From Histomonas meleagridis 2922-C6/04-290x (Eukaryota > Protista > Parabasalia), in contig JAANOX010000171.1 of NCBI GenBank assembly GCA_020184695.1, forward strand, positions 1-64,000: 64,000 nucleotides of DNA. The letters run 5' to 3'. Shown one piece after another: positions 33,176 to 44,774 of this stretch. The notes below the pieces were generated by a model. That model was not told the DNA's origin and searched no databases. It was given only the letters and a program-made list of their open reading frames with translations. Numbering within the stretch: position 1 is the stretch's first letter; every line of letters begins with the position of its first letter. Both the position numbers and the translations under genes were made by a program.

Positions 33176-34633
33176 ATGGAGAATTACGAAATTACCAAAA
33201 CATTAGGAAATGGGGGTAATGGCACCGTCTATCTTGCAAAGCATAAAGGTACTATTTGCGCAATTAAAAAAATTGACGCATCACCAGAGCTTCTAAACAT
33301 GCTCAAGAAAGAACCCAATATCCTAAGAATTTTAAATCACCCATTTATTATTAAGTATATTGATTGTTTTGAAAAAAAAGATAACATTGGATTAACTACA
33401 ATTTGGATTGTAATGGAGTATGCAGATGGAGGGGATTTAGCTGAAAAAATAAAAAGCTTCAAGGAATCAAAAAAGATAATGTCAGAAGATAGCATTTTGG
33501 ATTATTTTGTCCAAATAGCACTTGCAATTAAATATCTTCATGACAGAAAAATTATTCATCGTGACCTAAAACCCAAGAACATTTTTTTAACTAAGGATAA
33601 TACTATTAAGTTAGGAGATTTTGGGATCGTTCAAATTCTTGAAAATACAAATCAATTATGTCAAACATTTGCCGGCACTATTAATTATATGTCACCAGAA
33701 ATTGTCAGCAAAGGGAGCTATAGTTTTAAGACCGATATATGGTCACTTGGTTGCATTCTTTATGAAATGTGCACATTACAATCTGTGTTTCCATCGGAGT
33801 CCCCAAGAATTTTTGATCGAATCAATGAAGGCAAATATGTTCCAATTCCACCAGATCGATATAGCCCAGAAATATATGATCTTGTTAAAAAAATGCTTTC
33901 GGTAGATCCAACCCAACGACCAACGATTTATGATATACTTTCGAAACCATTTATCCAACAAAGAATTCATTCCCTTCTCAAGCGAGGCATTATTGACCCA
34001 GAATTTTTGAAATCGGAAATGGACCATACAATTTTCCATGGGTTTACACCTATGCTAGACCCTCCAAATGATAAATTTCATATGAGGATTTTATTTGTTG
34101 GATATCATTGCGTAGGTAAAACGGCATTAATCGAACGTTTCATCTCTGGTGAGTTTAATGCTAAAACATTAGCGACAATTGCACCGACATATTATCGAAA
34201 GAAAATGAAAGTTGATTCATATTTATTCGATTTTGAAGTTTGTGATACATCTTCACAAAATACTTATCCGAACTTTAAAAATATGCAAATTAATGGCGTA
34301 AATGCTTATGTTATAATTTTCTCTGTTTGTGATCGAGGTTCATTTAATGATATCAAAAAATGTTATCAAGAAATAATTGAAATGGATAAAAACGCAATAG
34401 TTTTCTTATGCGGTAATCAATGCGATCTTAAGGAGAAAAGAACAATTTCAATCAATGAAGGAAAAAATTTGGCAAAAGCTCTTAACATTGAACATGAATA
34501 CTTCGAAACAAGTGCATTGACTGGGGAAAAAGTTGACACTATGTTCGACGCAATTGCAAGGAAATATTTAATGCAACTGAAGAAAAATTATGATATGAAA
34601 GAAGAAGAACCTTCATTATGCACAGTATATTAA
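33176..34633 (+). CDS. NEK-family kinase fused to a Ras/Rab-like GTPase with C-terminal CaaX-like CTVY
   Basis: Kinase: GNGGNG, AIK, HRDLKPKN, DFG, GTINYMSPE. GTPase: GYHCVGKT, DTSSQ, GNQCDL, ETSA. Confidence 0.9.
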   Translation: MENYEITKTLGNGGNGTVYLAKHKGTICAIKKIDASPELLNMLKKEPNILRILNHPFIIKYIDCFEKKDNIGLTTIWIVMEYADGGDLAEKIKSFKESKKIMSEDSILDYFVQIALAIKYLHDRKIIHRDLKPKNIFLTKDNTIKLGDFGIVQILENTNQLCQTFAGTINYMSPEIVSKGSYSFKTDIWSLGCILYEMCTLQSVFPSESPRIFDRINEGKYVPIPPDRYSPEIYDLVKKMLSVDPTQRPTIYDILSKPFIQQRIHSLLKRGIIDPEFLKSEMDHTIFHGFTPMLDPPNDKFHMRILFVGYHCVGKTALIERFISGEFNAKTLATIAPTYYRKKMKVDSYLFDFEVCDTSSQNTYPNFKNMQINGVNAYVIIFSVCDRGSFNDIKKCYQEIIEMDKNAIVFLCGNQCDLKEKRTISINEGKNLAKALNIEHEYFETSALTGEKVDTMFDAIARKYLMQLKKNYDMKEEEPSLCTVY

Positions 34634-34871
34634 TCGAATGGACGTTATAATAAAAAAAATTTAAAAAAAATTAATTTAATTTTAAAAATAGACGTTAACA
34701 GATTACAATGATTTTAGTCTATTTTTACAAAATCTTGTTGGAACTCCACAAGAATAAAATAAGGATTCGCATAAAAAAAAATACATAAAATCATAAGATA
34801 TTTGATACTTTTTATGCATATATATGACATCAAGTTAAACTTAATAGGAAAAATTACAATGAATTTATTCT

Positions 34872-37800
34872 TTACTTAAGAAGTTCTTCTGGGATAGAAT
34901 CATATGTTAAGCTGTCTGGATTGACTGGTGGCGTGCCATATGTTTGGATAAGGATTGCTACGTTCAAAACGCCGCCCTTCTTGAATCCAGAGAGTGGCGT
35001 TGTTCTGTACCATCCGATTAATGGTCTTCCGATTTGGAGGTCCTTTAGTGGGAGCTTGAGTTCAGCGAAAACTTTATCGAATTTAGGATTCTTGTCTGCA
35101 AGTCTCAACACAAGGACATCCTTTGATTGATCTGTTAAGTAAAGATTGAAACTTTCGAACCATTGAGGTGATTGTGTATCTCCCTTAGTTCTTGTAGTTT
35201 GATACCTTATATCATTTTCAAGTTGTATTCTGCAATATGTATCATTCTTTGATAATTTATCTACACGTGGACAGTTAACGGCCTCCACAACGATAACTTG
35301 TAAACTTAACGGTTCGAACGGTTGTGGCACAAACGGTTTCTGCATTGGGAATGTCAAATGCGAAATAATGTGAATTTCACCCTTGTTACCTGAGAATTGA
35401 TATCTTTCATCAGAAACGGCTCCGAATTTGATGTTAATTAATGGTATCATTGCTTTAGCAACATTCTTATCTTCTTTATCAGGTACATGTTCCATTAATT
35501 GGATCTTCACTTCATCGGTATTCAAACTGATAACGTTCAACGACATCATATCGTTAAATTGACCGTTTGAGGCAATTCTTGTCATGAATTTCTTTGAATT
35601 CTTTTGTTTTCTGAGTTTTACAATGCAATATGACATTCTATTGTTCTCCATTATAATTCTTGATCCTTCAAGTATATGTAAATGAACTTGCATTTCTGGT
35701 GCTTCTGTAGGCATTAATGGTATAGCATTAAATGCTTGAGCTCCAACAGTAGTAATTTGATATTGTAATTTAACAGAACCATAAACACCAAAACTAACAT
35801 CATTATCATAAACATTATTAAATTCCATTCCATTTAAGTCGATTAAAATCGGCTCTGTAACTTTTGTATCTTTCTTTTTCATTGAATGATTCATTAAACA
35901 TAATTGTAATTTGTTTTCGATTGGTGCCATTAAGAAGTGGAAGTCATCAGCTATTTGATTTCTAATTGAAGAACATTGTGGAATTATGTCTCCTTTAACT
36001 TGCATCATTATATAAGGCTCGTCAAGTTCTTTAATTGGTTGTTGTGTAATTGCTCTAACATTAAGCATAAGAGGAACAAATGGATCATTAACAAATGACA
36101 TCTTTCCTGGCGCTGCCAAATGTGTAATAAGATGAATTTGACCTGCTTTAGAGAATCCTTTAGCAGGAGTTAATATATAAGTTTTATCTTCTGGTACACC
36201 ACATGCTAAAATATTAATTGGTAATTCGATATAACCAATTAAATCATCTTTAGAAGCTGTGTCATGATCATAAACAGATATTTTAACTGAATCTGTTGCA
36301 TATCCATTGATTTCGATATTAAAGTATTGATTCCATTTAGGATTCTTTGAGTTATCAATTGTTCGTGTCTTGAATTTCTTACCTGATAATGTTTCGATTG
36401 TACAATATGCATCTGATGCATTACCACCTGAATCTTTACTTGCAATATTAATTCCTTCGATAACTTTAATGTATAATGTTAAATTAGGATTCATCATTTG
36501 GATAACTTCTTCTCTAAAGTCTAAGAATGGTTCTGTTCCATATGGTACTACTTGTAAACGAATATTAATTTTATCTTTGTTATTATCCATTGTATACCAA
36601 TCAGAATAAGTTTTACCAATTTGGAATTCACTAAGTTTAAAGCTTTTCTCTGATATAAGTCGTGTTGTAGGTGGTGCATAATCTCTAAGTTCTAATGTTA
36701 ATAAATCTAATTGTGGATCATTTAATAAAACAGTAAATGTTTCATACCATTGTGGTGCTGAAGTATCTGATAAATATCGTGTTTTAACAGATGTTAATGT
36801 AATACCATTTAATTTAGCATGAACTAATGGATCATATTTAGACACTACATCTGATGCACGTTTCTCTAAAATAGCTTCATTAATCTTAAGATGTAATTGA
36901 TATAATTGTAATGGATGTGGTACAAATGGTACCATTCCTGGTCCTGTTATATGAGATCTAATATGAACTTTACCTTGTTTAAGATTATACCATTTATCTT
37001 CGATTTGTCCATTAGATAATGATTTGGTTGGTATTATAATTTCACCAATTTTTTCATCTTTTGTAACAACATCATAATCTCGAATTGTGATCTTAGCAAC
37101 ATCATCATCAAGACATTGAATTGGGATATGTGAAACATAATTCCATTGTGGATTTAATGTTTTACGTATTACTGGTGAATAAAGTTTAGTGTTCTTACGA
37201 TGTCTAAGTTTAATTTCACAATATGGATCAGATGAACGATTTACATCACAGACTGGTAAATTAACAGCTTCGATTAAATGCAAATGTAACATTAATTTCT
37301 CAAATACTTGTGGTGGTGGTGGTTGTCCAAATTGATAATCAATAAATGCTTCTTGACCCATATTTAATATTTGACCGAAACATTTAACTTTATCATTAGA
37401 TAAATCAGTGATTTGACCAAATTGCATTTTATCGATTGGAATAATTGTATCGAATACTTTCTTAGGCTCTTTCTTTTCTTTTAATGGACGAGGGATTTCA
37501 TAAGCAGTTAATAAAAGTTTATCCTTTGAAGTATCTGTAAGGAAAATCGGGAAGTTCTCTTCCCAAATTTGTATTGGTTGATTAATTGTAGAAACACCAT
37601 AAATATCTTTCTTAAGTTGTACATGGAAGAACATATCGTTTTCTGTTTCTTTAGGATCTACCATACTTGATAAATGGAAATGTAACATTAATGGTTTGAA
37701 TAATTTCTCAATAAATGGTGTTTCATTTGCTGCTGTTAATTGATATCTAATTTGAACTTCGCCTCTTTTATCTGCATGACCAGGTTTATAATGATATAAG

Positions 37801-40800
37801 TCGACCCATTTAGAATAAACTTTACCAAATTCTAATGACTTTAATGGGATTAAACATTCGGAATTATATTTACTCTTTTTAGTTATATTTAATTCATATA
37901 ACCTTAAAGCAAATGTATCTGTATTAAGACTTCGAGGCTTAAACTTAAAGTATTGATTGAAATATGGATGATTATCACCATTGATAACTCTTGACTTTTG
38001 TTTTGTCTTTTGATGATGTCCAATGAATTCCATCTTAAATAATGAACTAACATAAGATGAATTAACTTGAGGATCTAATACTTTAGCATCAATTAAATGA
38101 ACATTAAACATAAGTTGAGGTTCAGGTGGTAAATATTTAATCTTTAATGGTGCATTGAATGACTTCTTACCAACTGTATCAATATGAATCTTCAAATGCA
38201 TTTTTCCTTTAGTAGTACCATCTTTTCTTATTAAATCAAAGTAATCATCATAAACAAAATCTGGTTCAAATTGTGAAAGTGGTACTTCACATTGAGAATA
38301 TAATTTATTACCTACTTCATTACAATAAATTTGTGTAACTAAAATATCTTCTCTTTCATTATTAAGAGTAAATCTATTAACAAGTTCAATTTTAGGTGTA
38401 TCTGTTGAATCTAATTTCCTTGAAGAAGATTTAGCAATATCTCCTTTAAGGAAACATTTGAATGATACCTTTGGAAGGAGTTTATCAGCAATATCATAAG
38501 CATCATGTGCATTTACAGATACATAATGTACTTTAAATTGTTGACTCAAAAATGCTGGTTGATTAAAATCAGTAATTTGTGAAATAATATGTAATTCTCC
38601 TCCTCCTTTAACACTCTTCCATTCATCTTTAACTACACCGAAGCCCATTTCAGTAGCTTTATAATAGAAAGTAGAAAGTTTATCATCTTTTGTAACTTTA
38701 TCATGATCATAAATATCAATTTCAAAGATATCTGTATTAATGCTTTGAACTGGGATATGGAATACTTGATTAAATATTGGATTAGATGCATTAGGAATAA
38801 CACGTGTCATTCCGAGATATCTCTTATTCTTATTAATTTTCTTTCCTTTGATTCCAGACTTCATTGTATTAAGTGGGAATACTTTACAATAAGCATCAGT
38901 ATATTTCTTCTTATTAACATCTTCAATTGGTAAATTACGTGCTTCTTTAATGTAAAAGTGTGCATATCTTTGTGTTGAATTAACAAATGGTACAACTGTT
39001 GGTAAATTAAATGTAAACTTAGTATTAATTGGTAATATATTAACTAATACTTTAACTTTAGCATTGATTTCTCCTGTTAAATCAATTTCTTTTTCTAATG
39101 GTTGACCTGGTTGGAATTCACATAATGAAACATAACCTGTTGATACTTGTTTAGCCATTATAACTTTTTCATTCTTATAATGTTCATTTAATACTATTTT
39201 AATTTTATCTAATCTTGGATCAACTAATACGAATTTAGATTCGAAGTTAAATACACCTGATTCACCTACATTTGATGTAATTGGTTTGTTATCATATTCA
39301 TGAGAAATTTCACAATAATATTCTCCTTGTTTTGAAATAGATGTAATATGTGATAATCTGAAATGTGCTTCAAATGGTATAAACGGATTTTGTACATATG
39401 GAACATCACCAGTATTAGCTAAATGATATAATATATGTAATCTTCCACCTTTATGACCTTTAAATGGTTGCATATCAATCCAACGGTCATTTACTATACC
39501 AGGTTCAATAGTTCGTAATAATATATTAGTAGAAGATATTGGATCATCTTTCGACATTTTATCTTTATCCATTATTGTAATCTTAAATTCATCAGAATTC
39601 AAACTTAAAACTTTAAATCGAAAGTCTTGATTCCATCTTGGATTAATTGTATTATCAATAATACGAGTCTTTTGTATTGTATCTTTCTTACCAATAAATT
39701 CCATAATACAATAAGCATCACTACCAGTAGCATCTAATGCAGGAATATCTTTAGCTTCTAATACTTTAACATATAATTCCATTGATTGACATGGAGGTGG
39801 TGCAGGTTTAGGTATAGGAACTCCAGTAAATGGTTGAACTGCTTGATCATCAATATGAACAATTAATCGAATCTTACCTCCATTCTTATACGATTTCTCT
39901 GGTACTAAATCATACCATTCATCATATACATAACCAAATTGAAAATTAGATAAAGGTAATTCTAATGAAGCAAATGTTACATCTTTAACACTACCTTCAT
40001 CTTTCATTAATAATTTAAATGAATCTCTCATATCAGTAATTAATAACTTATAATTAGCAAACCATTGTGGTGTTAAAGTATTATCTAAGACATTAGTTTT
40101 AACTGGAGTAATATCATTAGATAAATTAAATAAGCAATATGGATCTGTTTTGCTGACATCTGTCTTAGGAATATCCATAGCTTCAGCAATACAAACATTC
40201 ATTACATATGGCTTAAATGGATTATCAACAAATTTAGGTGTATTAGGTGCAGCCAAATGTACAACTAAATGAACCATAGCTTGTGAACCTCTAATATTCA
40301 TCTTAAGTGGATAATATTTATCTTCTGGTGTTCCAGAAGGTAAACTCTTAATAGGTAATTCAAGTTTACCAATTTTATCATCTTTACCAAATTTATCATG
40401 ATCATATAAGTTCAAAACAAATACATCAGTAGAATAACTCTTAATTATAAATTCGAATTCTTGATTCCAATTTGGAGTTAAAGTCTTATATTTAATCTCA
40501 GTCTTCTTTTCATTCTTTCTCTTCTTAAGCTTAATTTTACAATATGGATCACACATTCCACTATTATCCATTCCTGGTAAACCTTTAGCATCCAATAATT
40601 TAACATATAATGTCATTTGATCATTAACAGGTGGTGGTAAACCAATATCAGAGAATGGCATTAAGTTTGGTGCATTTAATTGTGCATAGAATATTAAACT
40701 TCCTTTGTTAGATAAAGTAATAACTTGAGAAATTGTTTGTCCATATTGAAGTGATTTTAATGGGAATTCTCCAGTACCAATAACTGAAAGCTTATTATTA

Positions 40801-43800
40801 TAAGCATTCTTATGTTCAAATACTAAAACATCTTCTTTAGGATCAGTAACTAAGAAATGGAAATCTTGATTAAACTTAGCATTAAGAGTTTTATCTTTAA
40901 TTGAACTATTTTGTGAATTTGTATCATTCTTAAGTTTCATTGAGAACATTGAATCAACATTCTTATCTTTACATGTAGCATCTTTAACTTCAACAAGACG
41001 AACATTTAATTGATAAGGCATAAATGGTTGATCAGTATAAGGTACTTGACCAGGTGCAGTAATTTGATATTTCATTTCAAGAGTACCTCCTGTACTATGA
41101 CCATGTAATGGAGTTAAATCAAAATTACCATATTGTGTAATACCTGGTGTAATTGAAGCTAATGGAATATCTATGAATGAAATTCGATCATCTTTACCAG
41201 CTTTATCATAATCATAAAGTTCTACACGTAATACATCTGATCCATAACTAATTACATTCATTCTAAGTTTTTCATCCCACTTAGGATTAAGTGTATTATC
41301 AATTCTACGACTTAATACGAAATTCTTTTCTCTTCCTACAAATGAGACTTTACAATATGGATCTGCTTTACCATTAGCATCTACTGATGGGATATTAGTT
41401 GCACGAATTAAATGTACTTGAATTTCTAGTTTATCGCCTGGTGGTAATGGTGGAGGTGGTACTTCAATACCTTTCCAAGGAGGTGCTCCATAAGGTGCTA
41501 CATGAACTTTCAAATGAATTTGTCCTCCTTTCTTAACACCTTTAGAAGGTGTAATATTAAACCATTTATCATAAATATAACCAACTTTAAATTCTGTTAA
41601 TGGAACTAAAAGTGTACCCATATCATCATCTTTTAATTTATCATGATCACGCATTAAAATCTTTAAATAATCTTTTTGATATGATGTAATAAGCATTGAA
41701 TACATTTCTTCCCAAGTTGGAGATAATGTATTATCCTTTGTTTTAGTCTTAATTGGGACTTCATCATCATTAGTACTAATTAAACAATATGGATCACTTG
41801 CTGAACCAATATCCATAGCTGGTAAATCTTTAGCATCTGATACAAAGAGATTTAAGACATAAGGAACAAATGGATTTTGTTGAAATGCTACTTGACCTGC
41901 ATCAGCAAGATGAATCATTAAATGTACAAGTCCTCCTTTTTTAACACCTTTATACGGATGGAAATTAAACCATTGCTCTGTTACAATTCCAGGTTGTAAA
42001 GTTGCAACAGGTAAATCTAAATAACCAATTTTATCATCTTTACCAATATCATCATGATCAATTAAAGATATTTTTATAGTATCTGTACGAATACTTTTAA
42101 TTTCTAAATGGAAATCTTGATACCAAACAGGATTTAATGTCTTCTTAATAGTCCTAGTTTTAAGTGGTTTTTGTTTCGGACGATTTAAGAACTTAATTTT
42201 ACAATATGGATCACTTTTACCATTTGTATCCATGGCTGGTATATCAGTAGCTTCAATAATTCTAATATTTAATGTTACTTTATCACTTACTTGTTCAATT
42301 GGTTGTAAACGTGGTAAACCTGGGAATGGTTGCTTTCCAAATTCCATTATATTAAATGTCATATTAATTTTAGATTTAGTCTTTGGTAAATCAATACATT
42401 TCTCAACATTAGAACCAACTGGGAAATCAGTTGGAATTAAAATTGATGAAACTTCTTTTTCATTCTTCTTAAGTGAAAACAATGATACTTTAAATTTAAG
42501 TCCTTGTTGAGTCATTGGGAAATGGAATTCTTCATTCCATTTGTTTTCAGATCTAACACAAGTCGCTTGAAATGCAGAATCATTTTCAAATTGTAATCTA
42601 AAGTATGATTCTTCACCAACACTTTTACCATCTTTAACACGAACATGTAAAACTGGATAAGTATATAAACTTTCGACAAATGGTTGATCTTGTTTTCTTG
42701 CAAGATGTAACATAACATTTAATTTACCGTTCATTTGACTTGAAGAACCGACAATACAAAATTCGAATTCTCTTGATTGACCTGGAATTAAAGTTCTAAT
42801 TGGAACTTCAACAAATCCAATTTTATCATCTCGTGATCCAATATCATGATCTTTAACAACAATTGATAAAATATCTGATGATAAACTCAAAACATTTAAT
42901 GCAAAGAATTCATTCCAAAATGGATATAAATCACTTTCTACAACTGTTGTTCTTTTTTCACCTTTTTGTCCTTTGATTGATAAAATACAATATGCATCAC
43001 AATAACCATTTGTATCCATTGGTGGTAAATCAACAGCATTCATTATACCAACATAAAGTGTATAACCTTTATCAAATGGCTTTAATTGTTCTTGTGGCTT
43101 TTGTGAACCTGCTTTTTGATTCTTTGGCTTCCTCTTATACATATAATATTTAGATGGATGAAGTGGATTAAATGTCATTCCTGTAAATGGTTGTTGTCCA
43201 AATGGAAGTGCTTGAAGGAAAATATGAACTTTTCCTGCATAATCTAATCCTTTAGCTGGCGTCATATCGATCCAATATTCTTTTGGTAATCCATCAACTA
43301 ATGGTTGTAAGTTAAGTTCTGTTGTCCCAATTAATTTCTCTGTTGCAACATCTTTATCAAGTAATTCAATTTGAAGTTTCTCCTTTGCTAAATCAAAGCC
43401 AATGAAAGTCATTCGTTCATTCCAAAATGGCCAAAATGTGTTTTCAATAACAGATGTCTTTTGCCAACGATGACTATGATTTAATTTTAATTTACAAAAA
43501 GGATCTGACTTTCCGAATGTATCCATTTTTTCAATATCAGCACCTTCAACAACTTGCGCAAATAAGTTAAACATAGAAAATGGTGAATGTGTAAATGGAA
43601 TTGCTCCTGGATATGTGATATGATAAATAACACGAATTGAACCCGTTTCTTTCCCATCTTTCTTAATTGGAATCCAACCATCCATAACTTGTCCATATCC
43701 CATAGATGTTGCGATTAAACTTGCCTTTCCTATTAAATCATCTTTTCCTAATGCATCATGATCATAAACATCAAATACAAATTGTGATTCACCTATGTTT

Positions 43801-44774
43801 TGGATGTCAAATACAAATAATTGATCCCATCGTGGATCATTGCAATGTGGCTTAACTCGAGTTTTTTGCTTGTTGCTTTCGTTTGAACGATCATAAATAA
43901 CACAATATGGGTCAGACGTACCTGAAATGTCAAGTCCCTTCAGACCACGGCCAGAAATAACACGAATGTATGCCTGAAGACATGGTGCAGGTGGAAGTGG
44001 ATCATATTGTTCACCAGTGAATGGTACTGTTTGTGGTGTTGTGAAATGAATTGCAAGACGTATTTTGCCAACTTTACTACCTTTGGATGTTACAAGATCA
44101 AACCATGTTTTGGTAACTTGGTTAAATTGAATATCTTTTAACTTTATAAGAGTTTGTGGAGAATCACTAACTCCATTTAATGTAAGTGATAATTCTGAGT
44201 TTAATGTGTTTGTAACAAAACAAAACTCTTCTTCCCAAACCACTTTGTTTGAAGGCTTAACAGATGACGTTTTTTGGGTGCCTTTGTTGCCGGCTGAAAG
44301 AGTACAAAAAAGTTTAGAGGATGGCTTTTGGTCAAGAGTTGCTTCAATGACACGAACGTATGACAGGTATACATTAAATAGTCTAGGAACAAAAGGTTGA
44401 TCAACTTCTTCTGCAAGATGTGTAATAATGTGAATCTTTGGAACTTTGGATGTAACCATTGTCTTGCAGAGATCATACCACTGTTCTAACACTTGACCAG
44501 GTGTCAAAAATTTGGGTGCAATTTGTAGATATCCAATTTTATCATCCCTGCCAACTTTGTCATGATCGAACAAATCTATGATCAGAAGATCTGTTTCGAA
44601 ATTATTGATATAGAAATGGAAATCATTTCTCCATTTTGGAGTTAATGAATTTTCGATAGTTCTTGTTTTTCCCTTTTGATCCCCCATCCTTAGAGCACAG
44701 TATCCATCACATGTCGTAACTGCGTCTACAACAGGAAGATCTTTTGCCTCAATTATCTTTACATGGAGCAGCAT
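34872..44774 (-). CDS. Giant multi-C2-domain protein (24 C2 domains counted)
   Basis: 3300-aa ORF of repeated L.V.I.EA.DLP..D..G.SDPYC...NP.W.Q.F.F...D.D...DD.IG units with PF/Pro-rich linkers. No TM segment seen. Confidence 0.92.
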   Translation of the reverse strand: MLLHVKIIEAKDLPVVDAVTTCDGYCALRMGDQKGKTRTIENSLTPKWRNDFHFYINNFETDLLIIDLFDHDKVGRDDKIGYLQIAPKFLTPGQVLEQWYDLCKTMVTSKVPKIHIITHLAEEVDQPFVPRLFNVYLSYVRVIEATLDQKPSSKLFCTLSAGNKGTQKTSSVKPSNKVVWEEEFCFVTNTLNSELSLTLNGVSDSPQTLIKLKDIQFNQVTKTWFDLVTSKGSKVGKIRLAIHFTTPQTVPFTGEQYDPLPPAPCLQAYIRVISGRGLKGLDISGTSDPYCVIYDRSNESNKQKTRVKPHCNDPRWDQLFVFDIQNIGESQFVFDVYDHDALGKDDLIGKASLIATSMGYGQVMDGWIPIKKDGKETGSIRVIYHITYPGAIPFTHSPFSMFNLFAQVVEGADIEKMDTFGKSDPFCKLKLNHSHRWQKTSVIENTFWPFWNERMTFIGFDLAKEKLQIELLDKDVATEKLIGTTELNLQPLVDGLPKEYWIDMTPAKGLDYAGKVHIFLQALPFGQQPFTGMTFNPLHPSKYYMYKRKPKNQKAGSQKPQEQLKPFDKGYTLYVGIMNAVDLPPMDTNGYCDAYCILSIKGQKGEKRTTVVESDLYPFWNEFFALNVLSLSSDILSIVVKDHDIGSRDDKIGFVEVPIRTLIPGQSREFEFCIVGSSSQMNGKLNVMLHLARKQDQPFVESLYTYPVLHVRVKDGKSVGEESYFRLQFENDSAFQATCVRSENKWNEEFHFPMTQQGLKFKVSLFSLKKNEKEVSSILIPTDFPVGSNVEKCIDLPKTKSKINMTFNIMEFGKQPFPGLPRLQPIEQVSDKVTLNIRIIEATDIPAMDTNGKSDPYCKIKFLNRPKQKPLKTRTIKKTLNPVWYQDFHLEIKSIRTDTIKISLIDHDDIGKDDKIGYLDLPVATLQPGIVTEQWFNFHPYKGVKKGGLVHLMIHLADAGQVAFQQNPFVPYVLNLFVSDAKDLPAMDIGSASDPYCLISTNDDEVPIKTKTKDNTLSPTWEEMYSMLITSYQKDYLKILMRDHDKLKDDDMGTLLVPLTEFKVGYIYDKWFNITPSKGVKKGGQIHLKVHVAPYGAPPWKGIEVPPPPLPPGDKLEIQVHLIRATNIPSVDANGKADPYCKVSFVGREKNFVLSRRIDNTLNPKWDEKLRMNVISYGSDVLRVELYDYDKAGKDDRISFIDIPLASITPGITQYGNFDLTPLHGHSTGGTLEMKYQITAPGQVPYTDQPFMPYQLNVRLVEVKDATCKDKNVDSMFSMKLKNDTNSQNSSIKDKTLNAKFNQDFHFLVTDPKEDVLVFEHKNAYNNKLSVIGTGEFPLKSLQYGQTISQVITLSNKGSLIFYAQLNAPNLMPFSDIGLPPPVNDQMTLYVKLLDAKGLPGMDNSGMCDPYCKIKLKKRKNEKKTEIKYKTLTPNWNQEFEFIIKSYSTDVFVLNLYDHDKFGKDDKIGKLELPIKSLPSGTPEDKYYPLKMNIRGSQAMVHLVVHLAAPNTPKFVDNPFKPYVMNVCIAEAMDIPKTDVSKTDPYCLFNLSNDITPVKTNVLDNTLTPQWFANYKLLITDMRDSFKLLMKDEGSVKDVTFASLELPLSNFQFGYVYDEWYDLVPEKSYKNGGKIRLIVHIDDQAVQPFTGVPIPKPAPPPCQSMELYVKVLEAKDIPALDATGSDAYCIMEFIGKKDTIQKTRIIDNTINPRWNQDFRFKVLSLNSDEFKITIMDKDKMSKDDPISSTNILLRTIEPGIVNDRWIDMQPFKGHKGGRLHILYHLANTGDVPYVQNPFIPFEAHFRLSHITSISKQGEYYCEISHEYDNKPITSNVGESGVFNFESKFVLVDPRLDKIKIVLNEHYKNEKVIMAKQVSTGYVSLCEFQPGQPLEKEIDLTGEINAKVKVLVNILPINTKFTFNLPTVVPFVNSTQRYAHFYIKEARNLPIEDVNKKKYTDAYCKVFPLNTMKSGIKGKKINKNKRYLGMTRVIPNASNPIFNQVFHIPVQSINTDIFEIDIYDHDKVTKDDKLSTFYYKATEMGFGVVKDEWKSVKGGGELHIISQITDFNQPAFLSQQFKVHYVSVNAHDAYDIADKLLPKVSFKCFLKGDIAKSSSRKLDSTDTPKIELVNRFTLNNEREDILVTQIYCNEVGNKLYSQCEVPLSQFEPDFVYDDYFDLIRKDGTTKGKMHLKIHIDTVGKKSFNAPLKIKYLPPEPQLMFNVHLIDAKVLDPQVNSSYVSSLFKMEFIGHHQKTKQKSRVINGDNHPYFNQYFKFKPRSLNTDTFALRLYELNITKKSKYNSECLIPLKSLEFGKVYSKWVDLYHYKPGHADKRGEVQIRYQLTAANETPFIEKLFKPLMLHFHLSSMVDPKETENDMFFHVQLKKDIYGVSTINQPIQIWEENFPIFLTDTSKDKLLLTAYEIPRPLKEKKEPKKVFDTIIPIDKMQFGQITDLSNDKVKCFGQILNMGQEAFIDYQFGQPPPPQVFEKLMLHLHLIEAVNLPVCDVNRSSDPYCEIKLRHRKNTKLYSPVIRKTLNPQWNYVSHIPIQCLDDDVAKITIRDYDVVTKDEKIGEIIIPTKSLSNGQIEDKWYNLKQGKVHIRSHITGPGMVPFVPHPLQLYQLHLKINEAILEKRASDVVSKYDPLVHAKLNGITLTSVKTRYLSDTSAPQWYETFTVLLNDPQLDLLTLELRDYAPPTTRLISEKSFKLSEFQIGKTYSDWYTMDNNKDKINIRLQVVPYGTEPFLDFREEVIQMMNPNLTLYIKVIEGINIASKDSGGNASDAYCTIETLSGKKFKTRTIDNSKNPKWNQYFNIEINGYATDSVKISVYDHDTASKDDLIGYIELPINILACGVPEDKTYILTPAKGFSKAGQIHLITHLAAPGKMSFVNDPFVPLMLNVRAITQQPIKELDEPYIMMQVKGDIIPQCSSIRNQIADDFHFLMAPIENKLQLCLMNHSMKKKDTKVTEPILIDLNGMEFNNVYDNDVSFGVYGSVKLQYQITTVGAQAFNAIPLMPTEAPEMQVHLHILEGSRIIMENNRMSYCIVKLRKQKNSKKFMTRIASNGQFNDMMSLNVISLNTDEVKIQLMEHVPDKEDKNVAKAMIPLINIKFGAVSDERYQFSGNKGEIHIISHLTFPMQKPFVPQPFEPLSLQVIVVEAVNCPRVDKLSKNDTYCRIQLENDIRYQTTRTKGDTQSPQWFESFNLYLTDQSKDVLVLRLADKNPKFDKVFAELKLPLKDLQIGRPLIGWYRTTPLSGFKKGGVLNVAILIQTYGTPPVNPDSLTYDSIPEELLK

